Source: Paracoccaceae bacterium
GTDB lineage: Bacteria > Pseudomonadota > Alphaproteobacteria > Rhodobacterales > Rhodobacteraceae
Assembly: GCA_038134645.1 (NCBI GenBank)
Contig: JAYPVO010000001.1
Location: forward strand, 1 to 57,896
Direction of reading: 5' to 3'
Length of the DNA: 57,896 nucleotides
Under the pieces are notes generated by a model. That model saw nothing but the letters and a program-made list of their open reading frames with translations, had not been told where the DNA came from and ran no database searches. Position 1 is the stretch's first letter; the number at the start of each line of letters is the position of its first letter. The translations under genes were made by a program, and so were the position numbers. This document shows positions 1-9,288 of the stretch, one piece after another.

Positions 1-87
1 GTTGCGCGTTGACTAGATATAACGTCACAAAGCCGATGAACAGGGTTTCGCGGCGATTTCCTGTTTGGCCCAGAACTTGCACTTTCT

Positions 88-792
88 TTGGCTGAGAAAG
101 CCAAAGGAACCCACGTGCATCGTCGCCACGTCATAACAGGATTGATAGCTGGATTCGCCGTCCCGTTCGTTGCGCGGCAAGCCGTTGCTACAACGGGGAG
201 CCTTCTGGCTCGTGGCGCTGGGCCTCTTATCGATCTCGATACAGGCACTAGTCTTTACGAGATGTACGACCCAGAGCCCGAACCGTCGCAGGAAGGCCCG
301 ATGGGGCAATCCCCTCAAGTCGATTTCGCGGCGGGAACGCCTGTTCTCAACATGTGGAATATCCATACGGACGAACGCATCGCTGTCCGCCCCGTGCTAG
401 CGACGGGTTTAGATCAAGTCGCGCTGGATCAAGTCAGCCGTTTTATGCGGGACTGGCGAAGAAACGAAGTTAAACCATTCGACGCGAATGCGGTCGTTGG
501 AATGCTCGAAATCCAAGAGCAAGCCAGACGGAATGGATTTTCGGGCGATGTGCGTTTTCTTTCTGGCTATCGCAGTCGTGCAACCAATGACGCTATCCGC
601 GCAGCAGGGGCCAATGCTGCGCGCAATTCGCTTCATATTCAGGCGAAGGCGATTGATTTTAGCCTGCCCGGCGTGTCGATCCGCGATACCATCCGTCTGT
701 CCAAAGGACTGCATATGGGAGGTGTCGGCGGATACGACAGTTTTGTGCATATCGATACGGGTCGCGTTAGGTTTTGGGGCACAGCAGCATAA
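88..792 (+). CDS. YcbK/MepK (DUF882, peptidase M15-like) protein with Tat signal
   Basis: Twin-arginine HRRHVITG leader; SGYRS..TN, SLH..AKAID and GVG.Y..FVHIDTG.VR.W motifs; TTG start uncertain. Confidence 0.85.
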   Translation: MAEKAKGTHVHRRHVITGLIAGFAVPFVARQAVATTGSLLARGAGPLIDLDTGTSLYEMYDPEPEPSQEGPMGQSPQVDFAAGTPVLNMWNIHTDERIAVRPVLATGLDQVALDQVSRFMRDWRRNEVKPFDANAVVGMLEIQEQARRNGFSGDVRFLSGYRSRATNDAIRAAGANAARNSLHIQAKAIDFSLPGVSIRDTIRLSKGLHMGGVGGYDSFVHIDTGRVRFWGTAA

Positions 793-866
793 CGAGGTGC
801 CACGCCCCGTTTGCAACCCCGCTCTTTCCTGCTAAAGCCGTTTTGCTCACGGCCAAGGAGACTATC

Positions 867-1697
867 ATGACCGCCCGTATCGACGCCTGCTTTGCGAAAG
901 CCCGTGCCGAAAATCGTCCTGTTCTGGTGACGTACACCATGGCTGGCGATCCTGATGCGGAAACTTCGCTTGCTATTCTCAAGAACGTTGCGGCGTCTGG
1001 CGCGGATATTGTCGAATTTGGCCTGCCTTTCACCGATCCTGTCGCTGATGGCCCTGCCATTCAGGCGTCTGGTCTTCGCGCTCTCGATGCAGGTCAAACG
1101 ACCGTTAAGACGCTCGATCTGGTGCGTGAATTCCGCAAGGATTTCCCTGATACCCCCGTTATCCTGATGGGCTACTACAACCCGATTTATTCTTACGGCC
1201 CCGAGAAGTTCGTTCTCGATGCCAAAGACGCTGGCGTTGACGGCATGATCGTCGTGGATGTCCCTGCCGAAGAAGACGACGAACTGTGCATCCCCGCGAT
1301 GAAACAGGGGTTGGCGTTCATTCGTCTTGTCCCACCGACTGCGGACGACAAACGCCTTCCTGTCATTCTGAAGAACTCTTCGGGCTTTGTTTACCACGTG
1401 TCGATCAACGGCATCACGGGCGCTGCGACTCCAGATTATTCGGTCGTGTCGACCGCGTTGGAACGTATCCGTAAATACACTGACTTGCCGATTGTCGTTG
1501 GCTTTGGCGTTAAGACAGGTGAACACGCTGCGGCGCTGGGCGAACATGCCGATGGCGTTGTTGTAGGCACCGCACTCGTGAACCAAATCGCGTCGACCTT
1601 TGGCGAAGGCGACACGGCAACAGCCGCAACCGCGACAGCAGTGAATGATATGGTTGCAGATCTTGCCGCTGGTGTGCGCCGCGCCAAAAGCAACTGA
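867..1697 (+). CDS. trpA: Tryptophan synthase alpha subunit
   Basis: [35 protein letters not shown] motifs; AAGGAG RBS before ATG 867. Confidence 0.95.
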   Translation: MTARIDACFAKARAENRPVLVTYTMAGDPDAETSLAILKNVAASGADIVEFGLPFTDPVADGPAIQASGLRALDAGQTTVKTLDLVREFRKDFPDTPVILMGYYNPIYSYGPEKFVLDAKDAGVDGMIVVDVPAEEDDELCIPAMKQGLAFIRLVPPTADDKRLPVILKNSSGFVYHVSINGITGAATPDYSVVSTALERIRKYTDLPIVVGFGVKTGEHAAALGEHADGVVVGTALVNQIASTFGEGDTATAATATAVNDMVADLAAGVRRAKSN

Positions 1698-1725
1698 TCT
1701 GCGCACAGCCGCACAGAATAATCAG

Positions 1726-1757
1726 TAGCCCGTAGCAGTGCTGCGGGCTATTTCTTT
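1726..1757 (+). terminator. Intrinsic terminator after trpA
   Basis: TAGCCCGTAGC-AGT-GCTGCGGGCTA hairpin followed by TTTCTTT. Confidence 0.8.
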
Positions 1758-1782
1758 GCCTGACGAATGGGGGAACTTCACA

Positions 1783-2715
1783 ATGGCACCGATCGTACGG
1801 GTTAATGACCTGCGCAAAAGCTACGCCTCAGGGTTTGAGGCCCTCAAAGGTGTGACGCTAGATATTGAAGAGGGGGAAATCCTCGCGCTTCTCGGGCCGA
1901 ATGGCGCGGGTAAAACCACGCTGATCTCGACGATCTGCGGTATCACTATGCCGTCCTCTGGAACGGTCACTGTTGGCGGCCATGACATTATCAAAGACTA
2001 CCGTGCTGCGCGGTCGATGATCGGACTGGTGCCCCAAGAGCTGAGCCTCGAAGCGTTCGAGACCGTTTTCAATGCAGTTAGCTTTTCGCGTGGCCTCTTT
2101 GGAAAATCTCGCGACGACGCCTTGGTGACGGACATTCTGCGCCAGCTCGGTTTGCTCGATAAAAAAGATACCAAAATTATGGCGCTGTCGGGTGGCATGA
2201 AACGTCGTGTTCTGATTGCCAAAGCGCTAGCCCACGAACCGCGGGTTCTGTTCCTAGATGAACCGACCGCGGGTGTGGACGTTGAGTTGCGCAAAGACAT
2301 GTGGGCTGTTGTCGATCGGCTTCGTCAGGATGGCGTGACGATCATTCTGACCACTCACTACATCGAAGAGGCCGAAGCCATGGCCGACCGCGTTGCCGTG
2401 ATCGACAAAGGTCAGATCATGCTCGTTCAGGACAAGGATGCCTTGATGAGCCACATGGGTAAGAAAGAGCTGATCGTTCAGTTGGACCAGCCTTTGGTGG
2501 GTGATGTTCCTGACGCTCTTCGTTCCTACGGGCTTGAGGTGATCGAGGAGGGCGCGCGCCTTCGCTACGTCTATGACACAAAGGCCGACCGAACGGGCAT
2601 CACGTCCCTTTTGAACGACCTCCAAAAAGCGGGGCTTCAGATGGTCGATATGGAAACACGGCAAAGCAGCCTCGAAGAGATTTTCGTCGGTCTGGTCAAA
2701 GGAGACGCAGCATGA
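1783..2715 (+). CDS. ABC-2 type transporter ATP-binding subunit (YadG-like)
   Basis: GPNGAGKTT Walker A, LSGGMKRR signature, LDEPT Walker B. Confidence 0.9.
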   Translation: MAPIVRVNDLRKSYASGFEALKGVTLDIEEGEILALLGPNGAGKTTLISTICGITMPSSGTVTVGGHDIIKDYRAARSMIGLVPQELSLEAFETVFNAVSFSRGLFGKSRDDALVTDILRQLGLLDKKDTKIMALSGGMKRRVLIAKALAHEPRVLFLDEPTAGVDVELRKDMWAVVDRLRQDGVTIILTTHYIEEAEAMADRVAVIDKGQIMLVQDKDALMSHMGKKELIVQLDQPLVGDVPDALRSYGLEVIEEGARLRYVYDTKADRTGITSLLNDLQKAGLQMVDMETRQSSLEEIFVGLVKGDAA

Positions 2716-3473
2716 ACTATCAAGCAATGCGTGCGATCTACATTTTCGAAATGTCGCGCTTTTTCCGCACCTATCGGCAGAGCTTCCTCGCGCCTGTTAT
2801 CTCGACTTCGCTGTATTTCATCGTGTTTGGCGCGGCTATCGGCAGCCGTATCGATCAGGTCGAGGGCGTCAGCTACGGCGCCTTCATCGTGCCGGGTCTG
2901 ATCATGTTGTCCGTCATGACCCAAGCGACCTCGAACGCGTCATTTGGAATATATTTTCCAAAATTCACGGGCTCGATCTACGAACTCCTCTCAGCGCCGA
3001 TCAACTTCCTTGAGGCGACAGTGGGCTACGTCGGCGCGGCCGCGTCAAAGGCCCTCATTATCGGGGCAATCATCTTTGTGACCTCGTTTTTCTTTGTCGA
3101 CGTGCAGGTGATGCACCCCTTAGCGATGGTCGCATTTTTGATCCTGACCTGTCTGTCATTCTCTCTGTTGGGCTTCATCATCGGGATTTGGGCTGGGAAT
3201 TTTGAACAACTTCAGATCATTCCGTTGCTGATCATCACGCCGTTGGTGTTCCTAGGGGGGAGCTTCTATTCGACCACCATGTTGCCACCGTTCTGGCAGG
3301 CCGTGACCCTGTTGAACCCAGTTCACTACCTGATTTCTGGGTTCCGCTGGTCGTTCTTTGAGCAGGCAGACGTCCCAGTTGGCGTGTCACTCATGGCGAT
3401 TGCGGCGTTTACCGCGCTGTGCCTCGGTGCAATTGCGTGGATATTCCGCACGGGTTGGCGCATTCGGTCGTGA
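2712..3473 (+). CDS. ABC-2 type transporter permease (YadH-like)
   Basis: About 6 TM helices, PGLIM and LNPV.Y motifs; ATGA overlap with ATPase gene. Confidence 0.9.
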   Translation: MNYQAMRAIYIFEMSRFFRTYRQSFLAPVISTSLYFIVFGAAIGSRIDQVEGVSYGAFIVPGLIMLSVMTQATSNASFGIYFPKFTGSIYELLSAPINFLEATVGYVGAAASKALIIGAIIFVTSFFFVDVQVMHPLAMVAFLILTCLSFSLLGFIIGIWAGNFEQLQIIPLLIITPLVFLGGSFYSTTMLPPFWQAVTLLNPVHYLISGFRWSFFEQADVPVGVSLMAIAAFTALCLGAIAWIFRTGWRIRS

Positions 3474-3479
3474 CGGCGG

Positions 3480-3508
3480 CTTGTTACGGCTGGCCCCTAT
3501 GCCTATCT
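3480..3508 (+). promoter_or_regulatory. Putative RpoH (sigma32)-type promoter of the S49 peptidase gene
   Basis: CTTGTT-N16-CCTATCT, close to alphaproteobacterial RpoH consensus CTTGAA-N15/16-CCTATAT; ends 8 nt before ATG 3517, no SD sequence. Confidence 0.5.
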
Positions 3509-3516
3509 GTCATCGT

Positions 3517-4308
3517 ATGAAACGCTGGATCCCCTTTGTGAAATCAGGCCCCCGTGTCGCCGTCGTTCGGCTTCAGGGGCAAATCTCCAATTCGTCGCGC
3601 GGGCTTGATGACGTCAGCCTCGCGCCTGTGATCGAAAAGGCATTTCGCGGCAAACCCGATGCGGTTGCTCTGCAGGTCAATTCACCCGGCGGATCACCTG
3701 TTCAGTCGTCGTTGATCGCGGGACGTATTCGCCGTTTGTCCGAAGAAAAAGGCATCCCCGTATTCGCCTTTGTCGAGGATGTGGCCGCATCTGGCGGCTA
3801 CTGGCTGGCCTGTGCTGCAGATGAGATTTTCGTTGATCGCGGGTCGATCGTTGGGTCCATCGGTGTCATTTCTGCGGGCTTCGGCTTTAGCGATTTGATC
3901 GGGAAATATGGCGTTGAACGGCGCGTCCACACGGCAGGCAAATCCAAATCCCAGCTCGACCCGTTCAAGCCCGAAAACCCCGAAGACATCGAACGTCTGC
4001 GCGGCTGGCTGGATGACTTGCATGTCTATTTCATCGACTACGTCAAATCCCGCCGTGCGGGAAAACTGGCCGAAGGCACGGACCACTTTACGGGCGAGAT
4101 TTGGATCGGCCAGCGCGCCGTCGAAAACGGACTCGCCGATGGCATCGGGCATTTGGTCTCAGTGATGAAAGACCGTTTCGGCGATAAGGTCACGTTCCGA
4201 CGCTACGAACAGCGCCGTTCGCTGTTCCAACGGTTCGGTGCCCAAGCGGCGCAGGACGTAATTGCAGGTGTCGAAGAACGTGCATCCTTTGCTCGGTTTG
4301 GTCTGTAA
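3517..4308 (+). CDS. S49 family peptidase (SppA/SohB-like)
   Basis: NSPGGS, AASGGY, GSIGV motifs. Confidence 0.9.
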   Translation: MKRWIPFVKSGPRVAVVRLQGQISNSSRGLDDVSLAPVIEKAFRGKPDAVALQVNSPGGSPVQSSLIAGRIRRLSEEKGIPVFAFVEDVAASGGYWLACAADEIFVDRGSIVGSIGVISAGFGFSDLIGKYGVERRVHTAGKSKSQLDPFKPENPEDIERLRGWLDDLHVYFIDYVKSRRAGKLAEGTDHFTGEIWIGQRAVENGLADGIGHLVSVMKDRFGDKVTFRRYEQRRSLFQRFGAQAAQDVIAGVEERASFARFGL

Positions 4309-4470
4309 ATGTTGGTGCGCGCCGTCTTTTTCTTTCTGATTTTCATGGTTGTTTTGGCCATGTTCGGGAAGTGGCGCTTCCCCGGGCAGGACCGTATCGC
4401 GTCTGCCAAATGCCCACGCTGCGGAAAGTTTCGCATCGGCAAAGGCCGATGTGGCTGCAAAAAGGACTAA
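4309..4470 (+). CDS. 53-aa small membrane protein with Cys-rich (CPRCG...CGC) C-terminus
   Basis: Manually translated MLVRAVFFFLIFMVVLAMFGKWRFPGQDRIASAKCPRCGKFRIGKGRCGCKKD; exactly fills the gap between flanking genes. Confidence 0.7.
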   Translation: MLVRAVFFFLIFMVVLAMFGKWRFPGQDRIASAKCPRCGKFRIGKGRCGCKKD

Positions 4471-4476
4471 GATTTA

Positions 4477-5412
4477 ATGGATTGGGTGCTGACGTTTGCA
4501 GGTTTGACGATCCTGCTGCTGGCGGGTGATGCTTTGGTGAAAGGTGCGGTGAACCTTTCTCTGCGATTAGGGGTCCCCGCGCTGGTCGTATCCCTCACAA
4601 TCGTGGCATTTGGCACCTCCGCCCCTGAATTGCTGATCTCGGTCCAAGCCATTTTGGATGGCGTTCCAGAGCTCGCCTTGGGGAACGTCGTCGGGTCGAA
4701 TACGGCGAATATTCTGATCGTCTTGGGTATTCCCGCGATGATCGCGCTCATGCACACGAGCCACTACGATACCCGCACCAGCTATCTCCAAATGCTTGGG
4801 GCCACGGCGTTGTTTATGGCACTAAGCTTCATGGGAACCATCACATGGATTGACGGCCTGATCCTCATAGCGGCCTTGGCTGCTATCTTGGGGCATACGC
4901 TTTTTGTGGCGCTGAAAAATCGTTCCAAATCTTATGGGGAAGAGCAAGTCGAAGGCGCAGACCCAAGTATGACTTGGAAAAAGATCATCGCATTTCTGAC
5001 TGTCGGTCTGGTTGGCTTGCCCTTAGGTGCGAACCTTCTGGTCGAAGGCGCGACTAACATCGCCGTTCGGTATGGCGTGAGTGATGCCGTAATTGGCCTA
5101 ACACTTGTGGCGGTTGGCACATCCTTGCCCGAACTTGCGACCACCGTGATGGCATCTCTTCGCCGTCAAGCTGACGTGGCTTTGGGCAACGTTATTGGCT
5201 CAAACATGTTTAACCTTTTGGCGATCATTGGCCTGTCGAGCCTCATTGGTGACATTCCTATCTCTGCCGAATTCCTCACGCGGGACCTCTGGGCGATGGC
5301 AGGCGCATCACTTTTGTTGATCCCGTTCGTATTTTTCAAACGTGATCTTGGTCGGATTGCAGGCATTGCCTTGACCGCGCTGTATCTGGCCTATCTCTTT
5401 GTCCTGTTGTGA
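4477..5412 (+). CDS. Calcium/sodium antiporter (YrbG-like, CaCA family)
   Basis: Two alpha repeats GTSAPE/GTSLPE and GNVVGSN/GNVIGSN. Confidence 0.92.
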   Translation: MDWVLTFAGLTILLLAGDALVKGAVNLSLRLGVPALVVSLTIVAFGTSAPELLISVQAILDGVPELALGNVVGSNTANILIVLGIPAMIALMHTSHYDTRTSYLQMLGATALFMALSFMGTITWIDGLILIAALAAILGHTLFVALKNRSKSYGEEQVEGADPSMTWKKIIAFLTVGLVGLPLGANLLVEGATNIAVRYGVSDAVIGLTLVAVGTSLPELATTVMASLRRQADVALGNVIGSNMFNLLAIIGLSSLIGDIPISAEFLTRDLWAMAGASLLLIPFVFFKRDLGRIAGIALTALYLAYLFVLL

Positions 5413-5422
5413 CAGGAGTTCG

Positions 5423-6205
5423 ATGATGAAGCGCGCATTGGTAACCGGAGCGGGTGCCCGACTGGGTCGTGATATGGCCATTTATTTGGCTGAGCGCGGC
5501 TATGATGTCGCCGTGCACTACGCCAGCAGCAAAGAGGGTGCCGAAGAAACAGCCGAGGCTATTCGGGCAAAAGGACGGATAGCGGTCACCCTTCAGGCGG
5601 ATCTACTTGTCGAGGCCGAAGTGCAAGACCTGTTACCAAAGGCTGCCGCAGCGCTGGGTGGTCCGATCACTTGTCTGGTGAACAATGCGTCGATCTTTGA
5701 GTACGACAATATTCATACCGCGACGCGAACAGGATGGGATCGGCACATAGAGTCGAACCTTCGTGCGCCCTATGTCTTGACCCAAGCATTGGCTGCTCAG
5801 GCCCCAGATCCAGTGTTGGATGAAATGGGTGAACCAGTCGCACAATGTATGGTCGTCAACATGATCGACCAGCGAGTTCGCAAACTGACGCCTGAATTCT
5901 CGACTTACACGATTGCCAAAATGGGTTTGTGGGCATTAACCCAGACCGCGGCCCAAGGGCTTGCTCCGAAAATCCGCGTGAATGCCATTGGGCCGGGTCC
6001 GACCTTGCAGGGCGGGCGGCAAAGTCTCGAGCATTTTCAACGGCAGCGCAGCGCCACTATTTTGGAGCGCGGATCAAACCCAAAAGATATATGTGCGGCA
6101 TTGGGTTTTCTGATCGACTCGGTTGCTGTGACGGGGCAATTAATCTGCGTTGATGGCGGTCAGCATCTTGGCTGGAAAACTCAAGATATACTTGGGGTCG
6201 AGTAG
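5423..6205 (+). CDS. SDR oxidoreductase, pteridine reductase (FolM/PruA/PTR1)-like
   Basis: TGAGARLG, NNASIF, YTIAK (YxxxK); the Arg in the glycine-rich motif is typical of pteridine reductases. Confidence 0.75.
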   Translation: MMKRALVTGAGARLGRDMAIYLAERGYDVAVHYASSKEGAEETAEAIRAKGRIAVTLQADLLVEAEVQDLLPKAAAALGGPITCLVNNASIFEYDNIHTATRTGWDRHIESNLRAPYVLTQALAAQAPDPVLDEMGEPVAQCMVVNMIDQRVRKLTPEFSTYTIAKMGLWALTQTAAQGLAPKIRVNAIGPGPTLQGGRQSLEHFQRQRSATILERGSNPKDICAALGFLIDSVAVTGQLICVDGGQHLGWKTQDILGVE

Positions 6206-6337
6206 CTATCTCTTAGGTCGTGCGACAAGTTGTGCACTTTGTCAAAAAACCGACACGAAACTGTTACTTAATCCTGTGTTTTCAGACATTTGTGAGAGTG
6301 TTAAAATTTTTATTGAATAAATTCAGAGAGTTGCAAT

Positions 6338-6358
6338 ATTGCTTAAAAATTAGGCAAT
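6338..6358. promoter_or_regulatory. Near-perfect palindrome, Fis/NtrC-type HTH site-like
   Basis: ATTGCTTAA-AAA-TTAGGCAAT (one mismatch); core GCTTAAAAATTAGGC fits GNNYANNNNNTRNNC. Confidence 0.5.
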
Positions 6359-6405
6359 TCAAAGAGAGAGCCGAAAAATAAGGATTTTTTAGCCCTCGGC
6401 TGCAT

Positions 6406-6440
6406 CACTCCACAGAGTTATCCACAGTTTCAGTGGATGC
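6406..6440. promoter_or_regulatory. DnaA box cluster
   Basis: Perfect TTATCCACA at 6418-6426, flanked by 6/9 boxes CACTCCACA (6406-6414, same strand) and AGTGGATGC (6432-6440, opposite strand). Confidence 0.65.
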
Positions 6441-6501
6441 CTTTTCCCTTGCCGACAGGGATGTAAAATTGCAGCGAACCGAAGAATCACAGGCGTGTGA
6501 A

Positions 6502-8364
6502 GTGACCGACAACATTGATGCCCCTCTGACCGGATACGACCGCATCGCGGCCTATTTGAAAACGCTCGATGGTTCGCCGGGGGTTTATCGAATGCTCGAT
6601 GAGGAAAGTCGGGTTTTGTATGTAGGAAAAGCGCGAAACTTGCGTAATCGCGTGTCGAATTATGCGCGGCCCGGTAATCATTCAGGACGCATCGCGCGGA
6701 TGATTTCCGAGACGGCGTCGATGATGTTCCTGACCACACGGACGGAAACCGAGGCGCTCCTTCTCGAACAAAACCTGATCAAGCAGCTAAAGCCGCGGTA
6801 CAACGTGCTGCTGCGGGACGACAAATCGTTTCCGAATGTGCTGGTGACGGACCACGCGTTTCCGATGGTCAAAAAACACCGTGGCGCGAAGAAAGAGAAG
6901 GGCCAGTACTTTGGCCCCTTCGCGAGCGCTGGCGCGGTAAATCGCACCCTAAGTCAGCTTCAAAGAGTCTTTTTGCTGCGCAATTGCACCGATAGCCAAT
7001 TCGAGGGACGAACCCGCCCGTGTCTGCAATATCAGATCAAACGCTGCACGGCGCCCTGTGTCGGCTATATCACCGAGGCCGAATATCGGAAGTCCGTCAA
7101 AGATGCGGCTGATTTTCTATCGGGCAAAACTGCTCAGATCCAAGAGAGCCTCGCCGCTGATATGATGGCTGCCTCCGAAGCGATGGAGTTCGAACGTGCC
7201 GCATCCCTGCGTGATCGGATCAAGGCGCTGACCCAAGTCCAAACGGCCCAAGGGATCAACCCTCGGACGGTGGCAGAGGCCGACATCATCGCGCTTCATA
7301 CCGAAAACGGGCAAGCCTGTGTGCAGGTATTCTTCATCCGCGCCAACCAAAACTGGGGCAATTTCGACTTTTACCCGCGGATCAGCGGAGATGAAGATTT
7401 GGCGGAAGTGATGGAGGCATTCGTCGGTCAGTTCTATTCAGACCGCGACCCGCCAAAGGCACTTATCCTGTCGCATGGTCTGGATAACGAAGACCTGATG
7501 GCTGAGGCTTTGGCCGAGAAGGCAGGGCGCAAGGTCGAAATCACAGTCCCGCAGCGTGGCGAAAAGGCCGAGCTCGTCAGCAATGCGCTACGCAATGCCA
7601 AAGAGAGCCTTGCACGGAAAATGTCTGAAAGCGCGACGCAGATGAAACTGCTGCGTGGCATTGCTGAAGCGTTCGCCCTAGACGCGCCGCCGGAGAGGAT
7701 CGAGGTCTATGACAACTCCCACATTCAGGGCACCAATGCTGTCGGTGCGATGATTGTGGCGGGGCCTGACGGGTTCATGAAATCCCAGTACCGCAAGTTC
7801 AATATTCGGGGCGATAGCATCACGCCGGGTGACGACTTTGGTATGATGAAAGAAGTTCTCACCCGTCGATTTGCGCGATTGCAAAAAGAAGACCCTGATC
7901 GGACTTCGGGCAACTGGCCTGACCTTCTGCTGATTGATGGCGGTGCGGGGCAGGTCTCTGCGGTTCAAGAAATCATGGACCAAATGGGCGTCACCGATGT
8001 GGCGATGGTTGGTGTCGCAAAAGGCGTCGACCGCGATCATGGTAAGGAAGAGTTCTACCGCACGGGGCAGCGTCCCTTTGCCCTTCAGCGCAATGATCCG
8101 GTTCTCTATTTTATTCAGCGCATGCGAGATGAAGCGCACCGTTTCGCCATCGGCACCCACCGCGCCAAACGGTCCAAAGCGATTGGCGTGACAACGTTGG
8201 ACGATATTCCGGGTGTCGGTGCGACGCGCAAACGCGCTTTGCTTGCGCACTTTGGCAGCGCCAAAGCCGTTCGTGGCGCGAACTTGTCGGATTTGCTGGC
8301 TGTTGAGGGGATTTCAAGTGCGATGGCGGAAACGATTTACGCCTACTTTCATGAAAATGGTTGA
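6502..8364 (+). CDS. uvrC: Excinuclease ABC subunit C
   Basis: PGVYRM..YVGKA GIY-YIG domain, RIEVYDNSH, LIDGG, RDEAHRFAI, C-terminal HhH; GTG 6502 preferred over 6433. Confidence 0.96.
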   Translation: MTDNIDAPLTGYDRIAAYLKTLDGSPGVYRMLDEESRVLYVGKARNLRNRVSNYARPGNHSGRIARMISETASMMFLTTRTETEALLLEQNLIKQLKPRYNVLLRDDKSFPNVLVTDHAFPMVKKHRGAKKEKGQYFGPFASAGAVNRTLSQLQRVFLLRNCTDSQFEGRTRPCLQYQIKRCTAPCVGYITEAEYRKSVKDAADFLSGKTAQIQESLAADMMAASEAMEFERAASLRDRIKALTQVQTAQGINPRTVAEADIIALHTENGQACVQVFFIRANQNWGNFDFYPRISGDEDLAEVMEAFVGQFYSDRDPPKALILSHGLDNEDLMAEALAEKAGRKVEITVPQRGEKAELVSNALRNAKESLARKMSESATQMKLLRGIAEAFALDAPPERIEVYDNSHIQGTNAVGAMIVAGPDGFMKSQYRKFNIRGDSITPGDDFGMMKEVLTRRFARLQKEDPDRTSGNWPDLLLIDGGAGQVSAVQEIMDQMGVTDVAMVGVAKGVDRDHGKEEFYRTGQRPFALQRNDPVLYFIQRMRDEAHRFAIGTHRAKRSKAIGVTTLDDIPGVGATRKRALLAHFGSAKAVRGANLSDLLAVEGISSAMAETIYAYFHENG

Positions 8365-8447
8365 ACAACCTTACGGTGGATTAATGTGGGGGCTGTTCGC
8401 CGTCGCAGCCGCCCGTTAAGAAGAGACGTGGGACGAAAGGGGCGAAT

Positions 8448-9035
8448 ATGAAGTGGACCTTGCCAAATATCTTGACCGTGTTGCGCCTATTGGCTGCACC
8501 GGGCGTGGCATTGATGTTCCTATACTTTGCACGTCCATGGGCTGACTGGTTTGCACTAGTCCTCTTCGTGCTGGCTGCGTTGACGGATTTTCTGGATGGC
8601 TACCTTGCCCGAGCATGGAAGCAAGAGAGCAAGATCGGCGCGATGCTTGACCCGATTGCGGACAAGGCAATGGTCGTAATCGCGCTTATGGTGATCACTG
8701 GTTTCTCTGGCATGAACCCTTGGTTCCTGTTGCCTGCCACGATCATCATGTTCCGCGAAGTATTCGTTTCGGGCCTGCGTGAATACCTTGGTGATACGGC
8801 GGGGCTCTTGAAAGTGACCAAGCTGGCCAAATGGAAAACGACCGCTCAGATGGTTGCCATTTCGATCCTGTTTTCCACGGGCGCATTCGAACACCACGCA
8901 CTGCGTGATGTGGCCTTTTTGGACTACGCGCGGCACAGTTGGTATCTGGGTGTCGCCCTTTTGTGGGTCGCCTCTATCCTGACGTTTATCACCGGTTTGG
9001 ACTATTTCCGAAAAGCTCTGCCTTATCTAAAGTAG
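8448..9035 (+). CDS. pgsA: CDP-diacylglycerol--glycerol-3-phosphate 3-phosphatidyltransferase
   Basis: LPNILT, DFLDGYLAR...G..LDPIADK CDP-alcohol motif; uvrC-pgsA synteny. Confidence 0.95.
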   Translation: MKWTLPNILTVLRLLAAPGVALMFLYFARPWADWFALVLFVLAALTDFLDGYLARAWKQESKIGAMLDPIADKAMVVIALMVITGFSGMNPWFLLPATIIMFREVFVSGLREYLGDTAGLLKVTKLAKWKTTAQMVAISILFSTGAFEHHALRDVAFLDYARHSWYLGVALLWVASILTFITGLDYFRKALPYLK

Positions 9036-9039
9036 TCGC

Positions 9040-9288
9040 ATGATTGATGTCCTTTACTTTGCATGGGTCCGTGAACGGATCGGAGTGCCCCGCGAACAGG
9101 TCGCTACTGATGCGGCGACCGTTGCGGATTTGATCGAAGAACTGAAAGCCCGTGAAGAGCGGTATGCGCTTGCGTTCTCTGACCTGCGCGCGCTGCGCGT
9201 TGCCGTTGATCAAGAGCTGACGGATTTTGATGCTCCGCTAGCTGGCGTGCGCGAAGTCGCGTTTTTCCCACCGATGACAGGTGGCTGA
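9040..9288 (+). CDS. moaD: Molybdopterin synthase sulfur carrier subunit
   Basis: YFAWVRE, C-terminal FFPPMTGG. Confidence 0.95.
   Translation: MIDVLYFAWVRERIGVPREQVATDAATVADLIEELKAREERYALAFSDLRALRVAVDQELTDFDAPLAGVREVAFFPPMTGG

Noticed and set aside
6433-6501. Longer uvrC start at GTG 6433
   Set aside because: Falls inside the DnaA-box cluster and adds non-homologous residues; 6502 preferred.
6206-6501. LexA (GTTC-N7-GTTC) or CtrA box upstream of uvrC
   Set aside because: No correctly spaced match found by eye.
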